Shown here: piece by piece, positions 26,471 through 37,449 of the stretch | Position numbering within the stretch: position 1 is the stretch's first letter | How the letters are laid out: each line of letters opens with the position of its first letter | Assembly: GCA_027022365.1 (NCBI GenBank) | Contig: JALVYU010000026.1 | Span: 96,001-160,000, forward strand | Length of the DNA: 64,000 nt | From: Desulfurococcales archaeon | Lineage (GTDB): Archaea; Thermoproteota; Thermoprotei_A; Sulfolobales; Desulfurococcaceae | Direction of reading: 5' to 3' | Program-made: the position numbers and the translations under genes | Notes under the pieces: generated by a model | The model's database searches: none | What the model was told of the DNA's origin: nothing | What the model saw: only the letters and a program-made list of their open reading frames with translations

Positions 26471-27733
26471 TTATGGTATTTTTTCCCCATATTTCTCGAG
26501 TAGATCGTCAGGGATGCCCCTGTTCTTGATTATCTCCTTGTATGCGTAGAAGCTTTTCCTGGGCTTACGTTTGAATGTGGTATAATCGACTTCCACTAGG
26601 CCGAATCTTTTATCGTAACCTTTATCCCATTCGAAGTTGTCGAGAATACTCCAGTAGAAGTAGCCATTAACATCGACGCCCTCGCTCAATGCTTTATGTG
26701 TGTATTGTAGATGCCTTACAATCGATAATATTCTATCCTCATCGTTTTCCATAGCCACCCCGTTCTCCGTTATTATAATCTGTAAACCATACCTGTTCCA
26801 CGTCTTCTTAAGGACTTCGTATAGCCCTCTGGGATAGATACAGTAGCCCATGAGTGTGCATTTGTCTGTCTGTATAGGCTCTACGTCGAGATGAAGTTTC
26901 AGTGGGTTCAGAGTATATTTCACCTTCATACCAGTGTAGTAGTTTAGCCCTATGAAGTCAAGTTTTGACTCCGGTATATCGTATTCCTTCCTTATTATCT
27001 TGAGTTTGCCGGAGAGTATCCCGTCGATGAAGCTCCAGTTAAACATTTGTTCAGCCTTCAGACAAGCTTGTACATCTTTTTCTTTATCACTATATGGCTC
27101 AAAGTAAATCATGTTCTTGGCTATGCTTACCTTGCCTATATCGTGTAGTATTTCATAGGCTCTCGCGTATGCGTAAGCCATATTAGCGGCTACTTGTTCT
27201 GCTATGAAGAGGTTTTTCTTCATAGGAGGCCAGTGCCCCTCGATATAGCTCTCCACCATATACACTATCGGCTCGTTAAAGACAAGCCAGTAATTAACGT
27301 CTGAGAATTCGTTGGCAATGGTCTCTACGTAGTTAATGAAGTAATCTATGTTCTCCCGTTTCTCCCAACCACCTAGTTTGTAGAACCAGATAGGATTAGT
27401 AAAGTGGTGGAGCGTTAACATAGGCTCTATTCCATGGTCTCTCAGTAGATCAACTATTTCCCTGTATCGGGATAAAGCCTCATAGTTAACGTAGTCTTTC
27501 TCTGGATAGATCCGGCTCCACTCTATCGAGAACCTATACATATCCACTCCAAGATCCGCCAGTAGCTCTATGTCTTCCTGGTATCTATTCCAATGATCGG
27601 TTGCTTTGCCGGATTTATATGGTAGTTTGCCCATTTCTTCGAAGAGCCACCAGTCAGAATATTTGTTGTCTCCTTCTATCTGATATGCTGAAGCGGAGAC
27701 TCCAAATATGAAGCTCTCTGGAAATTTTAGCAA
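26471..27733 (-). CDS. GH1 beta-glycosidase
   Basis: AYQIEG, TLHHF, FNEP, ITENG, DNFEW. Confidence 0.97.
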   Translation of the reverse strand: MLKFPESFIFGVSASAYQIEGDNKYSDWWLFEEMGKLPYKSGKATDHWNRYQEDIELLADLGVDMYRFSIEWSRIYPEKDYVNYEALSRYREIVDLLRDHGIEPMLTLHHFTNPIWFYKLGGWEKRENIDYFINYVETIANEFSDVNYWLVFNEPIVYMVESYIEGHWPPMKKNLFIAEQVAANMAYAYARAYEILHDIGKVSIAKNMIYFEPYSDKEKDVQACLKAEQMFNWSFIDGILSGKLKIIRKEYDIPESKLDFIGLNYYTGMKVKYTLNPLKLHLDVEPIQTDKCTLMGYCIYPRGLYEVLKKTWNRYGLQIIITENGVAMENDEDRILSIVRHLQYTHKALSEGVDVNGYFYWSILDNFEWDKGYDKRFGLVEVDYTTFKRKPRKSFYAYKEIIKNRGIPDDLLEKYGEKIP

Positions 27734-27820
27734 GAACTAGCACCTGTAATAACTATGTCTTAATGAAATAAATGGTTTTAGAACAACGTGCCAATAATAC
27801 TAGGGCTGTGTAATCGTTGT

Positions 27821-28120
27821 TTAGTAGAGAAATAATTCTTCCCGTAATCCCCTAATATCTCGACGGCCTGTCTCGATGACTTTGACCCCGTTTTCCTCTA
27901 TCTTGAACCGCGTCTCATCGTCTACGTCTGATATAAATATTAGCGAGGGATCATATTCGTCGAAAAGCTCCTCGAGAAAATCTATTCCCTTGTCAGAATA
28001 TCTGTTATCTATGGTAGTAGATTCACCATTGTCTATGTTCAGCACGAGTATCTCTCTCGAATCCTTGAGGCCACCGACATTATCTCCTTTCTTAAGTATC
28101 AATACTATGTATCCCTTCAA
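27821..28120 (-). CDS. NifB/NifX-like small protein
   Basis: Fold pattern only; GGTGA SD. Confidence 0.55.
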   Translation of the reverse strand: MKGYIVLILKKGDNVGGLKDSREILVLNIDNGESTTIDNRYSDKGIDFLEELFDEYDPSLIFISDVDDETRFKIEENGVKVIETGRRDIRGLREELFLY

Positions 28121-28196
28121 CTACGTATCACCTGTAGCTTGGTACTTCAATTAGTATTTTAAACGGTTAATATATTATCTTGAATGATGACCAAGA

Positions 28197-29099
28197 ATGT
28201 ACAGGATAGATATCAAAAGATGTAGAGAAATAGGTGTATTTCTTAAGTCTCTTCCCGAGATCCTTGAAATAATTGATTTGATCGAGGAACATGATAGGCA
28301 GTATATAGCTCTAAGAGAACTATCAAGGAAGATCCCAGCAAATATCGCTACCAATATGGTTATAGCTAATGCGCTCATAAGTTATTTCTTGACCGGTAAA
28401 GGCGAAGACTATTGGAGCGAATTCGCCAATTTCTTACTGGCCAAGAGATCATTGTTGTCGGAGAAGCTTAAATGCAGTGATCTATTAGCTCTTCATAGGG
28501 AATTCCTAGGTTTCTCTAGGTTCAATAAATTATCGTTACGCAACAAGTATGCTAGGTTAGAGAAGTACTATCGCTCAAACATATGTGTTAAGATAATGGT
28601 CGATCCGTTCCGGTATACCAATGATATAGCTAGGCTGGCCAGAGATTTAGCCAAGATTACTGGTTCAAGAGAAACCAGCAAGACAATAGTTTTTGCATCC
28701 AAGATGTACTGGTATATCTGTAGGGCTCTCGGAAGAAAGGTTTCCGGAGATATAGGCATGCCCATTGATAGGAGGAACGCATTCATATCCCTTAGCTCGG
28801 GACTCGTAAAAGGATGTAATTCCAGCATAGAAGAATGTGTCTCGGAACTAATATCTGTAAAATACTCAAAGCTACTTGTCAGAGCATGGGAGACTGTCAA
28901 ACATCATTCAGGAATACCCCTTTATAGGCTCGATGCACTGACCTGGAATATAGCCCCTCATATCAGGTATGCTGAGAGCCCTACATCAGCAGTAGGCAGT
29001 TTCTGCCGATGCTTTCCTAGAATCTGTGGCAAGTATCCTGAGCAGATCAAAGCACTAATATGGGAGCTCGGCAGGCAAATACTTGGGGCCAGAACATAA
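28197..29099 (+). CDS. ogg: Archaeal N-glycosylase/DNA lyase (AGOG)
   Basis: DRQY, ANALISY.LTGKGEDYW, KTIVFASKM, MPIDRR, LDALTW. Confidence 0.9.
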   Translation: MYRIDIKRCREIGVFLKSLPEILEIIDLIEEHDRQYIALRELSRKIPANIATNMVIANALISYFLTGKGEDYWSEFANFLLAKRSLLSEKLKCSDLLALHREFLGFSRFNKLSLRNKYARLEKYYRSNICVKIMVDPFRYTNDIARLARDLAKITGSRETSKTIVFASKMYWYICRALGRKVSGDIGMPIDRRNAFISLSSGLVKGCNSSIEECVSELISVKYSKLLVRAWETVKHHSGIPLYRLDALTWNIAPHIRYAESPTSAVGSFCRCFPRICGKYPEQIKALIWELGRQILGART

Positions 29100-29129
29100 T
29101 AGTATGATGATACTATACGGTGTCCATGC

Positions 29130-29831
29130 ATGGATGCGATTGATCTGTCCTCAGCAACAATGGTTGATGAAAAACATGAATATATAGTAGTGCTGCCTCT
29201 CGGAAGCACAGAGTATCATTTTAACAAGTTACCGTTTGGCGTCGATACTTTTATCGCTGATAAGTTAGCCAAACTACTGATACACAGTATTGACGGAGAA
29301 CAGGATAAATACAAGGTGCTCCTTTTACCAGTACTTCCTTACGGTTCGTCGATAGAGTGGCTGGAATGGCCTGGAACAATATCAATAAAGCCCCAAACAT
29401 ATTACGAGCTTATATCAGATATTATCGAATCGCTGGAACAAAGACTCCGGATAAAAGGATATATCATTGTCAATGGGCACGGCGGAAACTATAGCATAGT
29501 CGAGAGATATGCACAGCGGTTTTGGAATAAGTATCATAAGCCCTTCATAGTCATCGACATATGGAGAGCAGCCGGCGATCTCGGCCTAAAATATTGTCAT
29601 GCTTGCTGTACCGAGATAAAACTCTACAACGCATTAAACGATATAGCATCTGATGATAAATGCGTCGACAATCCGATAGAACACGGGGGTCTAAGGGGAA
29701 GGTATTCGCCATTATCCGCTGGAGCTGAGGGGTATGTTGAGCCGCATGATCTAGTTGAATATCTAAAACAATTGTTCGCGAAAGCAATTGAAATCATAAC
29801 TGATTCTACGTATTCTTTAGATAATCATTAA
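29130..29831 (+). CDS. Creatininase family amidohydrolase
   Basis: PLGSTEYH..LP.GVD, NGHGGN, HAC..E. Confidence 0.9.
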   Translation: MDAIDLSSATMVDEKHEYIVVLPLGSTEYHFNKLPFGVDTFIADKLAKLLIHSIDGEQDKYKVLLLPVLPYGSSIEWLEWPGTISIKPQTYYELISDIIESLEQRLRIKGYIIVNGHGGNYSIVERYAQRFWNKYHKPFIVIDIWRAAGDLGLKYCHACCTEIKLYNALNDIASDDKCVDNPIEHGGLRGRYSPLSAGAEGYVEPHDLVEYLKQLFAKAIEIITDSTYSLDNH

Positions 29832-29888
29832 TATTCTTCAAATAGAATTTTTCAATGTAATACAGTTGTTACGAGGTAATATCAGGCC

Positions 29889-31841
29889 TTGGACTCTCAC
29901 CTTGTCGAAAAAGGAATAGTGGTGGAGACAACCGTATCGATAGACCCGTTTAGACTGATGAGTAGGCGTGGCTACAAGTGGTTCGGCATAATACCTGTTA
30001 GAATAAAGAATGAGACAGTAAATCTGTGGACAACCGGTGTTATAGCTCAATGGTTCAGTAGAGGCGAGAAGGTAAAGATAATCATAAAGGATGAGCCTAA
30101 AAAGATAGGGAGCACATGGATCCTTGGTCCGCAGGATTACGTTCTCTATAGAATATATAACGGTGAAGAAGTACCTATCTGGCCTCCTTGGAGCAAGGAT
30201 TACGTTCTCGAGAGAAAAGACCCTCTCAACACCAAGAAAGTCTACGAGTACCGGATAACTGCAAGGGAAGCCGTATCCGAAGAAGATTATATGGATATCG
30301 TGAACCTCGAGCAACACCACTATGCAAGCAAAGAAGAGATCGTAGCCATATGGAGGTGCCCCAGATGCGGCGAGTACATGGAGGCAAACATACAACCCAG
30401 ATGTCCGCGGTGCAGAATACCGATGAAGCTTCAAGAAATACGTGGAAGTATACCTAGTAGCAGGTTCTTGGTCCTCGAGCTAAGATCAAGAAAGCCTTAT
30501 GAGCCAAGAATAGTTGGTTACGTAAGAGTAGATACACCAATACCATTGATGAACAGGAGGCTTCCCGACGGCAGAATACAGAAGATGATTCGTGAAAAAG
30601 TATTTCCCAAAGACTGGTTCCACCCGACCTTCTGGCCCACAGCACTCAACGAGAGAATGAACATTATTTCACGATACAAGGACCTTAGAGAGCTGTACGG
30701 GAGCCGTAGGTTAGCGAGAGCCATAGTCGGCGAAGAAGTAAGCGAGAGAGCACTCAAGATCGCGAACTCTGCCGCTGCGAGAATAGCGAGAGTAGTTGTT
30801 CATCCAGACTATAGAGGCGACGGACTCGGCATACTTGCAGTGAAAGCAGCGATTGAGTGGATTAGGGCTAGAAGAATCCCGGAGATGAAGAAGAGGAAAC
30901 ACATTGTAGAGACAATAGCGATGATGGCAAAGTACAACCCGTTTTTCGAGAAGGCAGGATTCTACTACATGTGGGACACTGGGAGCGGTAGACCAGTACT
31001 AATGTATCCCCTGACCGAGGAGGCAAGAAAATACATAGAGAGATTCCTTGAGACAGACCCATATGCCAGAAAGCACGGGGGAAAACTATACAGGCCAAGA
31101 TATAGTGGTGTAGATGTTTTAGCGGATAACATAGTATTGAGGGGGCTGGCCAAGATATATCGCAGCGTCCTGGATGTCTCGCGCTTGCCACCTAGCCTTA
31201 GAGAAGTCCTACTCGCATTCGGTGTTGAGAGGAGAATAGTTGAGAAATATGTCCTAAGAAATGTGGACATCGAGATCAAGCCACGAGAAGTAGTTGTAGT
31301 CGTAGGTGCCAGCGGGGCGGGCAAGACAACCTTGCTAAGAATGATCATAGGAGCCGCTAAACCCGAGCTTCGCACAAATGAGAATTATCGTCCAAGCCAA
31401 GGAGAAGTCAGAGTTCCGCCCAACACCAAGCTAGCATACCTCCTCCCCGGCGAGGCGGAACCCTCATTTGGTTCAGAGACATTGCTCGAACACATAACGA
31501 TGAAGGTAGGAGATCCTGCAGAAGCCGTTGAAATACTGAATATGGTCGGCCTAAGCGACGCAGTATTCTACCGTGCCAAGTTCGTTGAGCTATCAACTGG
31601 TCAGAAAGAAAGAGCTAAACTAGCGAGCCTGCTGGCTGAAAAACCTAATCTTCTCATAATCGACGAGTTCGCTGCTCATCTAGACTCTCTAACGGCTCAG
31701 AGGGTTGCTAGAAAGCTCGGTAAACTAGCTAGGCAGGCCGGGATAACCCTTATCGTTGCGACTAACAGGCCCGACATTATTGAAGCACTGAATCCAGATA
31801 AGATCATATATGTAGGGTATGGGAGGGCACAACTAGGCTGA
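29889..31841 (+). CDS. GNAT acetyltransferase-ABC ATPase fusion with Zn ribbon (COG2401-like)
   Basis: CPRC..CPRC; ARVVVHPDYRGDGLG GNAT motif A; GASGAGKT, LSTGQ, IIDEF. Confidence 0.85.
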   Translation: MDSHLVEKGIVVETTVSIDPFRLMSRRGYKWFGIIPVRIKNETVNLWTTGVIAQWFSRGEKVKIIIKDEPKKIGSTWILGPQDYVLYRIYNGEEVPIWPPWSKDYVLERKDPLNTKKVYEYRITAREAVSEEDYMDIVNLEQHHYASKEEIVAIWRCPRCGEYMEANIQPRCPRCRIPMKLQEIRGSIPSSRFLVLELRSRKPYEPRIVGYVRVDTPIPLMNRRLPDGRIQKMIREKVFPKDWFHPTFWPTALNERMNIISRYKDLRELYGSRRLARAIVGEEVSERALKIANSAAARIARVVVHPDYRGDGLGILAVKAAIEWIRARRIPEMKKRKHIVETIAMMAKYNPFFEKAGFYYMWDTGSGRPVLMYPLTEEARKYIERFLETDPYARKHGGKLYRPRYSGVDVLADNIVLRGLAKIYRSVLDVSRLPPSLREVLLAFGVERRIVEKYVLRNVDIEIKPREVVVVVGASGAGKTTLLRMIIGAAKPELRTNENYRPSQGEVRVPPNTKLAYLLPGEAEPSFGSETLLEHITMKVGDPAEAVEILNMVGLSDAVFYRAKFVELSTGQKERAKLASLLAEKPNLLIIDEFAAHLDSLTAQRVARKLGKLARQAGITLIVATNRPDIIEALNPDKIIYVGYGRAQLG

Positions 31842-31892
31842 TAAGCAATCTATGTAACCCTGTTTTACACCCTACTATACCGGGGAGTATCC

Positions 31893-32501
31893 TTGGAGAA
31901 AATATTAGTGTTAGCCTCATCCAGTCCTCGAAGGGCTGAACTACTTAGAAAATATGTTTCGAGGCTAGTCATATTAAAGCCGAAGATAGTTGAGAAAATA
32001 TACGATGATCCCTACAAGACGGTCTTGATAAATTCACATGAGAAAGCCCTTAGCGTATTGTATGAAGCCCCTCCGAGAGCGGTGATCATTGGAGCCGATA
32101 CAATTATATATTCAAAACAATACGGTATCATAGGAAAGCCTCGGAGTATGAACGAGGCAGCCGAGATACTATTGAAACTACGGGGGAAATGGCACTCCGT
32201 AATAACCGGCGTAACTATAATTGATGTTGATACCCTAGCAACAAGCAGTTTCACCACAGAAACCAGTGTTAAGCTAAGGGATTTCACGGAACAAGAACTA
32301 CATGAGTATCTAGCAACAATGGAGCCCATGGGGAAAGCAGGCGCCTACGCGATACAGGGGATCGGTGCATTATTCGTTGAAATAATAGTTGGTGACTTCT
32401 ACAACGTTGTTGGGCTACCTCTGTCCAGGCTCTACGTAGAGCTAAGGAAGTACGGTATAGACCTTCTGAACGAGTTCCTCAAGAAAAAAGTAGTTGGCTG
32501 A
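31893..32501 (+). CDS. maf: Maf-family NTP pyrophosphatase
   Basis: LASSSPRR, IGADT, KAGAYAIQG, NVVGLP. Confidence 0.95.
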   Translation: MEKILVLASSSPRRAELLRKYVSRLVILKPKIVEKIYDDPYKTVLINSHEKALSVLYEAPPRAVIIGADTIIYSKQYGIIGKPRSMNEAAEILLKLRGKWHSVITGVTIIDVDTLATSSFTTETSVKLRDFTEQELHEYLATMEPMGKAGAYAIQGIGALFVEIIVGDFYNVVGLPLSRLYVELRKYGIDLLNEFLKKKVVG

Positions 32502-32506
32502 TAATA

Positions 32507-33631
32507 TTGTTCGAGTACTTCTACCTAAGACCCGATGCCTTAAGCGTGTGGGCTGACCCCGATGTCAGGGAGAGGCTATCATGGTACTACAGCGTTATGA
32601 AGAACGAAAAACCAGCTAAGTTCATCATAGCCCGTAGTCTAGAGATAGACCTAGACCCCTATGACCCTGAGATCACGGAGGAAGAGCTATGGAGAATACA
32701 TGAGAAATACCGGGACACCTTCAGGAAGATATGGGTGGAAATTAGAGAAGGACATGTCGAATTAGAAAAACAGGATTCTTATCCAAAACATAGTTTTCTA
32801 GACCTAAAAATATCGTTAGCCAAAAGACTCTATAGTCCCTGCCGACTATGTGCGAGAAGATGCGGAGCCGAGAGAAATATGGGTCAGAAAGGAGTATGCG
32901 GTGTTAGCGGTCACTGCATTGTACACTCGTATTTCCACCACCTAGGCGAAGAAGCCCCACTTGTCCCAAGCGGCACAATATTCTATGGAGGATGCCCCCT
33001 AAAGTGTGTTTATTGCCAGAACTGGGATATCAGCCAGGTAGGTATAGAGGATGGAGCAAAGATAACGCCGTTCAGACTGGCTGAGATACAGAAAGAGTTG
33101 AGGCTGGGTGGGGCACGTAACATCAACCATGTCGGAGGAGATCCAATACCACACATACCATTTATTCTTGAGAGCTTAAAGTACTTGGACGTGAATGTTC
33201 CACAGCTATGGAATAGCAATATGTACATGACCAGGGAAGCGCTCACTCTGATCATTGATGTTATAGACATCTGGCTCCCCGATCTAAAGTACGGTAATAA
33301 TAAATGTGCCGAGAAATACTCGCTCGTCAAGAACTACTGGGAGATTGTTACCCATAACATAAGGATAGCTCATGATAATGGCGACATGATAATAAGGCAT
33401 CTAGTACTCCCTGGCCACATTAACTGCTGTACCGAGAAAATACTGAAATGGATCGCAGAGAACACGCCGAGAGCACTAGTCAATATCATGGATCAGTATA
33501 GGCCGGAATACCTTGTTAGAAAGTATCCGGAACGATATCCAGAAATAGCGAGACGTATAAAGAAAGAGGAACTCCTCGAAGCATATAGGTTGGCCGATGA
33601 GCTAGGAATAGTTTTTAGACCGGTATCCTGA
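32507..33631 (+). CDS. Radical SAM protein (PflX-like)
   Basis: CRLCARRC; GCPLKCVYCQN; RHLVLPGH; QYRP. Confidence 0.9.
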   Translation: MFEYFYLRPDALSVWADPDVRERLSWYYSVMKNEKPAKFIIARSLEIDLDPYDPEITEEELWRIHEKYRDTFRKIWVEIREGHVELEKQDSYPKHSFLDLKISLAKRLYSPCRLCARRCGAERNMGQKGVCGVSGHCIVHSYFHHLGEEAPLVPSGTIFYGGCPLKCVYCQNWDISQVGIEDGAKITPFRLAEIQKELRLGGARNINHVGGDPIPHIPFILESLKYLDVNVPQLWNSNMYMTREALTLIIDVIDIWLPDLKYGNNKCAEKYSLVKNYWEIVTHNIRIAHDNGDMIIRHLVLPGHINCCTEKILKWIAENTPRALVNIMDQYRPEYLVRKYPERYPEIARRIKKEELLEAYRLADELGIVFRPVS

Positions 33632-33645
33632 ATCCGCATAGATGT

Positions 33646-34062
33646 ATGGTGAACAACGTGTCAGCCATGGAAAATGTTAGCGAGTACTGGTTCCTAGACC
33701 ACTATAGAGTAATTGTGGCAAGGCTTGCCTCGGGAAAATATCTTTTGTCGGTGGATGTTTACAGGCGTAACTGGGTCTTTGAAGAACACGATCAAGTATG
33801 TATTAAGGACTACTGCCTCTTATATGCCGAGGTGGATCCCGGCAGATATGATCTCGCGGACAAGGGTGTCTCAAAAATAATAGTTACGGGTTTCAAATAC
33901 GATGGTCGTAAGGAGACAATAAACGTACGCTATATAATGGATCAACAACCAACATACCCCTTGATAGAAAGACTGTTCTATCAGTCATGGCGGATTATTG
34001 GTTGTGGACAACCTGTGTCCGCATGGGAAACTAGATGTCCCGAGGAGAAGAACCGGGTATAA
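33646..34062 (+). CDS. Hypothetical protein
   Basis: 138-aa ORF in operon orientation. Confidence 0.65.
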   Translation: MVNNVSAMENVSEYWFLDHYRVIVARLASGKYLLSVDVYRRNWVFEEHDQVCIKDYCLLYAEVDPGRYDLADKGVSKIIVTGFKYDGRKETINVRYIMDQQPTYPLIERLFYQSWRIIGCGQPVSAWETRCPEEKNRV

Positions 34063-34138
34063 CTTATTTTAATCACACATTGTATTATTAATTAGTTCAA
34101 TCTTTACGATACGAGAAAGATAGTACTAGGTGTGAGTA

Positions 34139-36589
34139 TTGGGGTTTAAGCCGAAGATAAAGGATAAGCGTTGGAGCATTGATAAAGAGAAGCAACTTTA
34201 CGAGAAATGGATGGAGGAAAAACTCTACGAGTTCAAATTTGATCCAAAAGATAAGAGGCCAATAATAGCGGTTGATACCCCCCCGCCATACGCGAGCGGG
34301 AAATGGCATGTCGGGGGGACAGCTCATTATGCACAGATCGACATGATTGCAAGGTACTTTAGAATGAAGGGATATAACGTACTCGTGCCATTCTATGCGG
34401 ACAGAAATGGTTTACCCGTAGAGGTACAGGTCGAGAAGGCATACGGTATAAACCCGCATGAAATATCACAGACCCCTGAAGGGAGAGAGCATTTCCTAAA
34501 ACTATGCAAGGAATTTCTCGATAAGGCCGAAGACGAGATAGTTAAGGTGTGGAGGAAGATAGGTTGTAGCTTCGACTACTGGAGAAACGGCACGGATAGC
34601 CCAGAGTATAGGAGGATAACCCAGGCAACGTTCATCGAGCTATTCAATAAGGGCCTAATATACGAGGATGAAAGACCCGTCAACTGGTGTCCCCGATGCA
34701 GGACAACGCTGGCGGACGCGGAGCTAGAGCACAAGGATGTCGAGGGATACCTCTACTACATCAAGTTCAAGATAAAGGAGACTGGAGAAGAAGTAGTAGT
34801 CGCTACAACTAGGCCCGAAATGCTCCGAGCATGTAAAGCCCTCGTCTATAACCCCGAGGATGAAAGGTATAAGAGGCTTAAGGGTCTTCACGCGATAAAC
34901 CCTGCTTATGGACACGAAATGATTATCACTGAGTATCCAGAAGTAGATCCTTCATTTGGCACAGGCCTTGTAATGGTATGTAGTTATGGTGACCAGACAG
35001 ATGTCAAGATGTTCCGGGACCTCTGCCTGGAGCCAACGATAATAATCGATAAAGACGGCAGGATGAGGGATATAACGGGGCCATTGGCCGGGCTAACAGT
35101 TGAGGAGGCCAGGAAGAAGATCGTCGAGATACTCGAGGAGAAGGGAGCCTTAGTCAAGAAGGAGAAGATCAAGCACAGCATCCCCATATGTTGGCGTTGC
35201 AAGACACCCATCCAAATAATACATACTAGGGAATGGTTCCTAAAACAACTAGACTTCAAAGACCAAATAAGAAGAATAGCTGAAGAGATAAGCTTCCACC
35301 CCGAAATGCATAGGAAAAAACTTCTAGACTGGATAGACAGTGTCTCAACTGACTGGCCCATAAGCAGGGACAGATACTACGCTACAGAGGTACCATTGTG
35401 GAGATGCCGTCGCTGTGGAGCCGTACTAGTGCCGGAGCCCGGCAAATACTATAGGCCGTGGATCGATGAGCCTCCATGGGATAAGTGTCCGAGATGTGGT
35501 GCACCCAAAGAAGAGCTTGAGGGAGAGAAAAAAGTATTTGATACATGGTTTGACTCAAGCATATCGGTTCTCTACGTAACCGGGTATAGGAGGAACGAGG
35601 AGTTATTCAAAAGAGCATTCAATAACACGCTCAGGCCTCAGGGACAAGACATTATCAGGACATGGCTATACTATAGCCTCCTAAGAGTATACCAGCTCAC
35701 AGGAAAACCGGCATTTAAATGGGTAAGAATAACAGGTATGGGGCTGGACGAGAAAGGAGAAGCTATGCATAAGTCAAAGGGCAACATCATCGACCCAGAG
35801 CCCTACATAGAAAAGTATGGCGCCGACGCGTTCCGCTACTGGGCTGCAGCGGCCTCAAAGCTCGGATATGACTATAGGTTCTCCGAACAAATGCTTAGAA
35901 CGGGCCTTCTTTTCGCCACCAAGCTATGGAATATAGCCAGATTCATATCGATGTTCCCGGAGCCGGACGATATTAGCGAGGATAAACTGGAGCCTATAGA
36001 TAAGGCAACGATCGCCCTGCTGCATAGGGAGCTGAAGGAAATAGATAGAGCATACAGCGATCTAGACGTGTACGAACCAGTAACCCGGATATACCAGTAT
36101 ACATGGAACTACTTCGCCTCCAACTACATGGAACTCATTAAATCCAGGGCCTATAACCGGGATAACTCCTTCACGGAGTCAGAGCAAAAAGCCGCGTGGT
36201 ACACCCTCCACTACGTGCTGAAGACGATATTAAGAGCACTCGCACCCATAATGCCCTTCGTAACAGATGCGATCTATAGGGAACTATACGGAAAGACAGT
36301 CCACCTCGAGCACTTCCCGGACCCCGAGGATAAATGGTTAGTAACGCCAGCTGATCTAGCGGAAATACTGGTTCAGGCAAACTCGGCTATATGGAGCTAC
36401 AAGAAGAAAAACAACATTAGATTTAAGAAGGCATTGCCAGGAACACTGCTACTGCCCGAGAAAATGCGGCCACTCGAGAAAGACTTCATAAGACTTCACC
36501 ATATAACAGATTACGTGTTCTATAAGGAGAACGAGAAGCCCGAGAAAGCAATAGAGATAGGGGCAGGCATATATCTAGTCCAGTCCTAG
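34139..36589 (+). CDS. valS: Valine--tRNA ligase
   Basis: DTPPPY..G.WHVG (HIGH-like), DWPISR, AMHKSKGN (KMSKS-like). Confidence 0.95.
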   Translation: MGFKPKIKDKRWSIDKEKQLYEKWMEEKLYEFKFDPKDKRPIIAVDTPPPYASGKWHVGGTAHYAQIDMIARYFRMKGYNVLVPFYADRNGLPVEVQVEKAYGINPHEISQTPEGREHFLKLCKEFLDKAEDEIVKVWRKIGCSFDYWRNGTDSPEYRRITQATFIELFNKGLIYEDERPVNWCPRCRTTLADAELEHKDVEGYLYYIKFKIKETGEEVVVATTRPEMLRACKALVYNPEDERYKRLKGLHAINPAYGHEMIITEYPEVDPSFGTGLVMVCSYGDQTDVKMFRDLCLEPTIIIDKDGRMRDITGPLAGLTVEEARKKIVEILEEKGALVKKEKIKHSIPICWRCKTPIQIIHTREWFLKQLDFKDQIRRIAEEISFHPEMHRKKLLDWIDSVSTDWPISRDRYYATEVPLWRCRRCGAVLVPEPGKYYRPWIDEPPWDKCPRCGAPKEELEGEKKVFDTWFDSSISVLYVTGYRRNEELFKRAFNNTLRPQGQDIIRTWLYYSLLRVYQLTGKPAFKWVRITGMGLDEKGEAMHKSKGNIIDPEPYIEKYGADAFRYWAAAASKLGYDYRFSEQMLRTGLLFATKLWNIARFISMFPEPDDISEDKLEPIDKATIALLHRELKEIDRAYSDLDVYEPVTRIYQYTWNYFASNYMELIKSRAYNRDNSFTESEQKAAWYTLHYVLKTILRALAPIMPFVTDAIYRELYGKTVHLEHFPDPEDKWLVTPADLAEILVQANSAIWSYKKKNNIRFKKALPGTLLLPEKMRPLEKDFIRLHHITDYVFYKENEKPEKAIEIGAGIYLVQS

Positions 36590-37237
36590 CCTTCTCCTAA
36601 TACTCCAACCAACTCTTTTAACAAACGCCCTAAAATCAGGATATCCATAGTGGGGCTGAACACGTCCTCTTTTAACAGCTTCCAGTACATTCTCAACGCT
36701 GGGTTCATCAACATCTATCACAGTGTACGCTACACCAATATATTCGGGAATATGAGCGTCGCTAGAAGCTATGCCGGGGAGACCCAGTATTTTAGCGGCT
36801 TTTATGGCCTCTTTATTCGCGTTTGGAGGCGCTGACGCATTCCATACTTCGACCGCATCCCATCCACGAATGCTATAAAGGTTTTCGCCAACCCCATGTC
36901 TTATGATATCGAAGGGATGAGCCGGAACAACTAAGCAATTGTTTTCATGCGCCCGATCTATTAGTTCCAAAGCATTTCTAGGGGGATCAAATGCCTCGAG
37001 ACAATATACCAGTATATCGCCCAGATCTGTTCTAACCTCGTTACCTATAATTACTAGGGGCGCGTCGGGTAGTTCCTTAGCATAACGGGAACCAATAATT
37101 GCACCCTGGAAACTATTATGGTCCGTAATACTGATGATCTCGATGCCTTTATTGATTGCTTCGAGAATAATATCCTTTGGCGTACAACGGCCATCACTGT
37201 ACGTGCTATGTATGTGGAGATCCGCTTTGAGCCTCAA
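36575..37237 (-). CDS. PHP domain phosphoesterase
   Basis: DLHIHSTYSDG, ITDH, AHP, SSDAH. Confidence 0.95.
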   Translation of the reverse strand: MRLKADLHIHSTYSDGRCTPKDIILEAINKGIEIISITDHNSFQGAIIGSRYAKELPDAPLVIIGNEVRTDLGDILVYCLEAFDPPRNALELIDRAHENNCLVVPAHPFDIIRHGVGENLYSIRGWDAVEVWNASAPPNANKEAIKAAKILGLPGIASSDAHIPEYIGVAYTVIDVDEPSVENVLEAVKRGRVQPHYGYPDFRAFVKRVGWSIRRRLGLD

Positions 37238-37260
37238 AGCTCTATCACCGGTGGGATGTA

Positions 37261-37449
37261 TTGGTTAGTGTGATGGTTGATCGTGGTAGATGTAATATGT
37301 GTAAGCTATGCGTTGAATACTGTCCCGCACATGTATTTGTGATCATTGATGGAGAGCTCGTGGTTAAGCAGGAAAACTGTACAGAGTGCTATGCATGTAT
37401 TCCTTTATGTCCCGAAAAAGCGATCAATATAATCGATGATGATCCCTAG
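37261..37449 (+). CDS. 2x[4Fe-4S] ferredoxin
   Basis: Two CxxCxxCxxxCP motifs. Confidence 0.9.
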   Translation: MVSVMVDRGRCNMCKLCVEYCPAHVFVIIDGELVVKQENCTECYACIPLCPEKAINIIDDDP

